64,000 bases of DNA from Octopus bimaculoides (lineage: Eukaryota): positions 20,074,076 to 20,138,075 of the forward strand of contig NC_068984.1 of assembly GCF_001194135.2 (NCBI RefSeq). The letters are read 5' to 3'. Below are positions 61,302 through 64,000 of this stretch, in pieces. The notes under the pieces were generated by a model. The model had not been told where the DNA came from, ran no database searches, and saw nothing but the letters and a program-made list of their open reading frames with translations. Made by a program: the position numbers and the translations under genes. How positions within the stretch are numbered: position 1 is the first letter of the stretch; each line of letters opens with the position of its first letter.

Positions 61302-64000
61302 CTGCAATATTAAGAAAAACAATAGTTCAATACATATAGTAAACAACATAAAGATGAAACTATCATACATTGTCAAGATAAGGAGACACAAACATAAATG
61401 CACACTAACATATATACACGTGTGTGTTTGTATTAAAATGTAGTTTTGATGAAGCATTGTGATATTGTGTGTATTAAAATGTAATTTTGGTGAAGCATTG
61501 TGTGTGTGTGTGTGTGTGTGTGTGCATACACAACAGATTTCTCTTTCAATTCCCCTCTTTACCACATCCACTCAAGGCTTTGGTCGACCCGTGGCTATTA
61601 TAGAAGATAACTGCCCAAGGTGTCGTGCAGTAGGACTGAATACAGAACCATGTAACTGGGAAGCACATTTCTCAACCACACAGCCACACCTGCACCAAGC
61701 ACCATTCGAACGTGGGTCATTGCAAGTGCTGCCTGACTGGCTCCCATGCCGGTGGCACATAAAAAGCACCATTCAAGCGTGATCGATGCCAGTAATGCCT
61801 GAATGGCACTAATGCCGGTGGCACATAAAAAGCACCCACTACACTCTCAGAGTGGTTGGCGTTAGGAAAGGCATCCAGCTGTAGAAACTTTGCCAGATCA
61901 GATTGGAGTCTGGCACAGCTTCCTGACTTGCTAGTCCTCAGTCAAACCGTCCAACCCATGCCAGTATGGAAAATGGATGTTAAACAACGATGATGACGAT
62001 TCTTATGACAATTTCATGCTATAGACTTATTTTAATTATATTTGGAGATAAAAAGTCTTTTATCACAGTTTCACAGTACCAATCATAGCAGATGCTGTTA
62101 TACACTGCTGGTCACAATGCACTTCCAATTCTGTCTTGATTGCACCATTCTTTCTCATCTTGACCCAAATTGCTTGACTAAATCATCTTCCCATCATCAT
62201 GGAGGCCTTCCAAATGGCTTTCTCCAATCTCTTAGATACCACACAGCAACGAAAACTAAAATATGTTTCAGTGTTTTTAATCCAACATCATCTTGAGGAT
62301 GTTAAATTTAAACATGATGTAAAAATCCACTTTCCTGGTCATTTTTACGAGCAACTTGTAGCTGCCAAAGATACAATCCATCATTTGTTGTAACAATAAT
62401 CTAGATAGACTTCAATGTCAAGTGAAATTTGAATTGCTTCATTCTTTGACAAGTTGTTGACATAGAAGTAATTGTAAAGTGACAAAGTCCTAGGCTGTAG
62501 CAAATAGGTGCATATCACGAGAATTGAGATTGGGGTATTCACAAAGAGTAGACACTTGAATGAAGTATATCTTTAATGAATACATAGTTTTGTTTATTTG
62601 TTGAAATTATGAAATATATCTCAAAATGCATCAAATCACCACCACTGACATTTTTATGTCCACATTTTCCCTGCTGGCATGTTAATCAGACAAGACTTCA
62701 TAAGGCAATAATGCTACATCCCCAACTGGTTAAAGATGACAGCTTACTTAAGAATTCAAACATTTTATTCCATCACTCTGCTGTACTGTGCCTCTGACAA
62801 AATAAAATGAAGCACACAATGGCTCAATCACTTGATGTGAACAGGAACTACAAAGCAGTATATTTCACCATTGTAAGCTTGTAGATAAGAAAACGGAACA
62901 TGTTGCTGGTACTGGCTTGTGCCTATAGCTGAGACACATAACATTGAGTGGCTCAGGTCAACTAACTGCAAATAGGTGCCACAGGGTGAAATGAGTCACT
63001 ACTGTAGAGAGGTTCATAGCCTTGCATTGCTGGATTCAGTTCCACCAACAGAAGAAAACTGCCAGTGATAGAATGATGACCTATCAAAGAAGAAATATCT
63101 TTTTTGTGTGTTTAACATCTTGGAAAGGAAATCTGCTTACTGGACTAAAAGAATGTAGAGGTCCTTGAGGAAAAGTAACTATCCAAAAATAACAGCGGAA
63201 ATGCTACACAACCAACTAACAAGAGATTTGCTAACTTACATTGCAATCTTTAAATCCTTCCACCTGGGCCAAAAGAAAACAATGGAAAACCCAATCCAGT
63301 ATAACCTAACTTTAATCATTCAATGAAGACAAACATCTCCAACTGAACATCAACAAACTAACTAATTACAGGACATTATTTTGTGGACTAGCAGAATTGT
63401 TAAAGCATGGGACAACATGCTCAGTAGTATTTCTTAGGGACTAAACATAGAGGGGATAAACATCATCATCATCATCATCGTTTAACGTCCGCTTTCCATG
63501 CTAGCATGGGTTGGACGATTTGACTGAGGACTGGTGAAACTAGATGGCTACACCAGGCTCCAATCTGATTTGGCAGAGTTTCTACAGCTGGATGCCCTTC
63601 CTAACGCCAACCACTCAGAGAGTGTAGTGGGTGCTTTTACGTGCCACTGGCACGAAGGCCAGTCAGGCAGTACTGGCAATGGCCACACTCAAAATGGTGT
63701 ATCTTATGTGCCACCTGCACAAGAGCCAGTCCAGGGGCACTGGCAACGATCTCGCTCGAAAATCCTTACACATGTCACGGGCACAAGTGCCAGAAAGGCG
63801 ATGCTGGGCACAGGTGCCATCCTGATTAAGGACAGACAAAGGGATTAAGTCAGTTACATCGATCCTAGTGCATAACTGGCACTTAATTTATCGACCCCAA
63901 AAGGATGAAAGGCAAAGTCAACCTCGGTGGAATTTGAACTCAGAACATAAAGAAAGATGAAATACCGCTAAGCATTTCGCCCAGCGTGCTAACGTTTCTG

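Noticed and set aside
1-64000. CRISPR arrays, rRNA genes or prokaryotic systems
   Set aside because: None seen; the window is eukaryotic and intron/repeat dominated.

Overview
AT-rich, repeat-dense animal genomic DNA with four N-gaps; the SINE and microsatellite landscape suggests an octopus (inferred). The only gene I recognise is the 3' end of SCFD1/Sly1 on the minus strand: four coding exons at 61265-61301, 61042-61107, 57340-57417 and 54815-54841, with the rest beyond the window. A tentative, unrecognised 7-exon plus-strand gene (about 130 aa, 35922-53622) converges tail-to-tail with it. The first ~35 kb is mostly transposon remnants: hAT, Penelope-like (PLE), CRE, RTE, Gypsy, mariner/Tc1 and MITEs. 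The most notable hand-read signals are: two complete hammerhead-ribozyme folds (14621-14675, 16782-16866) plus a defective third (17141-17235) in a PLE cluster; a candidate 24-nt microexon in SCFD1 (63240-63263); and a Merlin-like foldback MITE with a head-to-head telomeric-repeat hairpin at its centre. All translations and folds were done by eye; no database searches were run.
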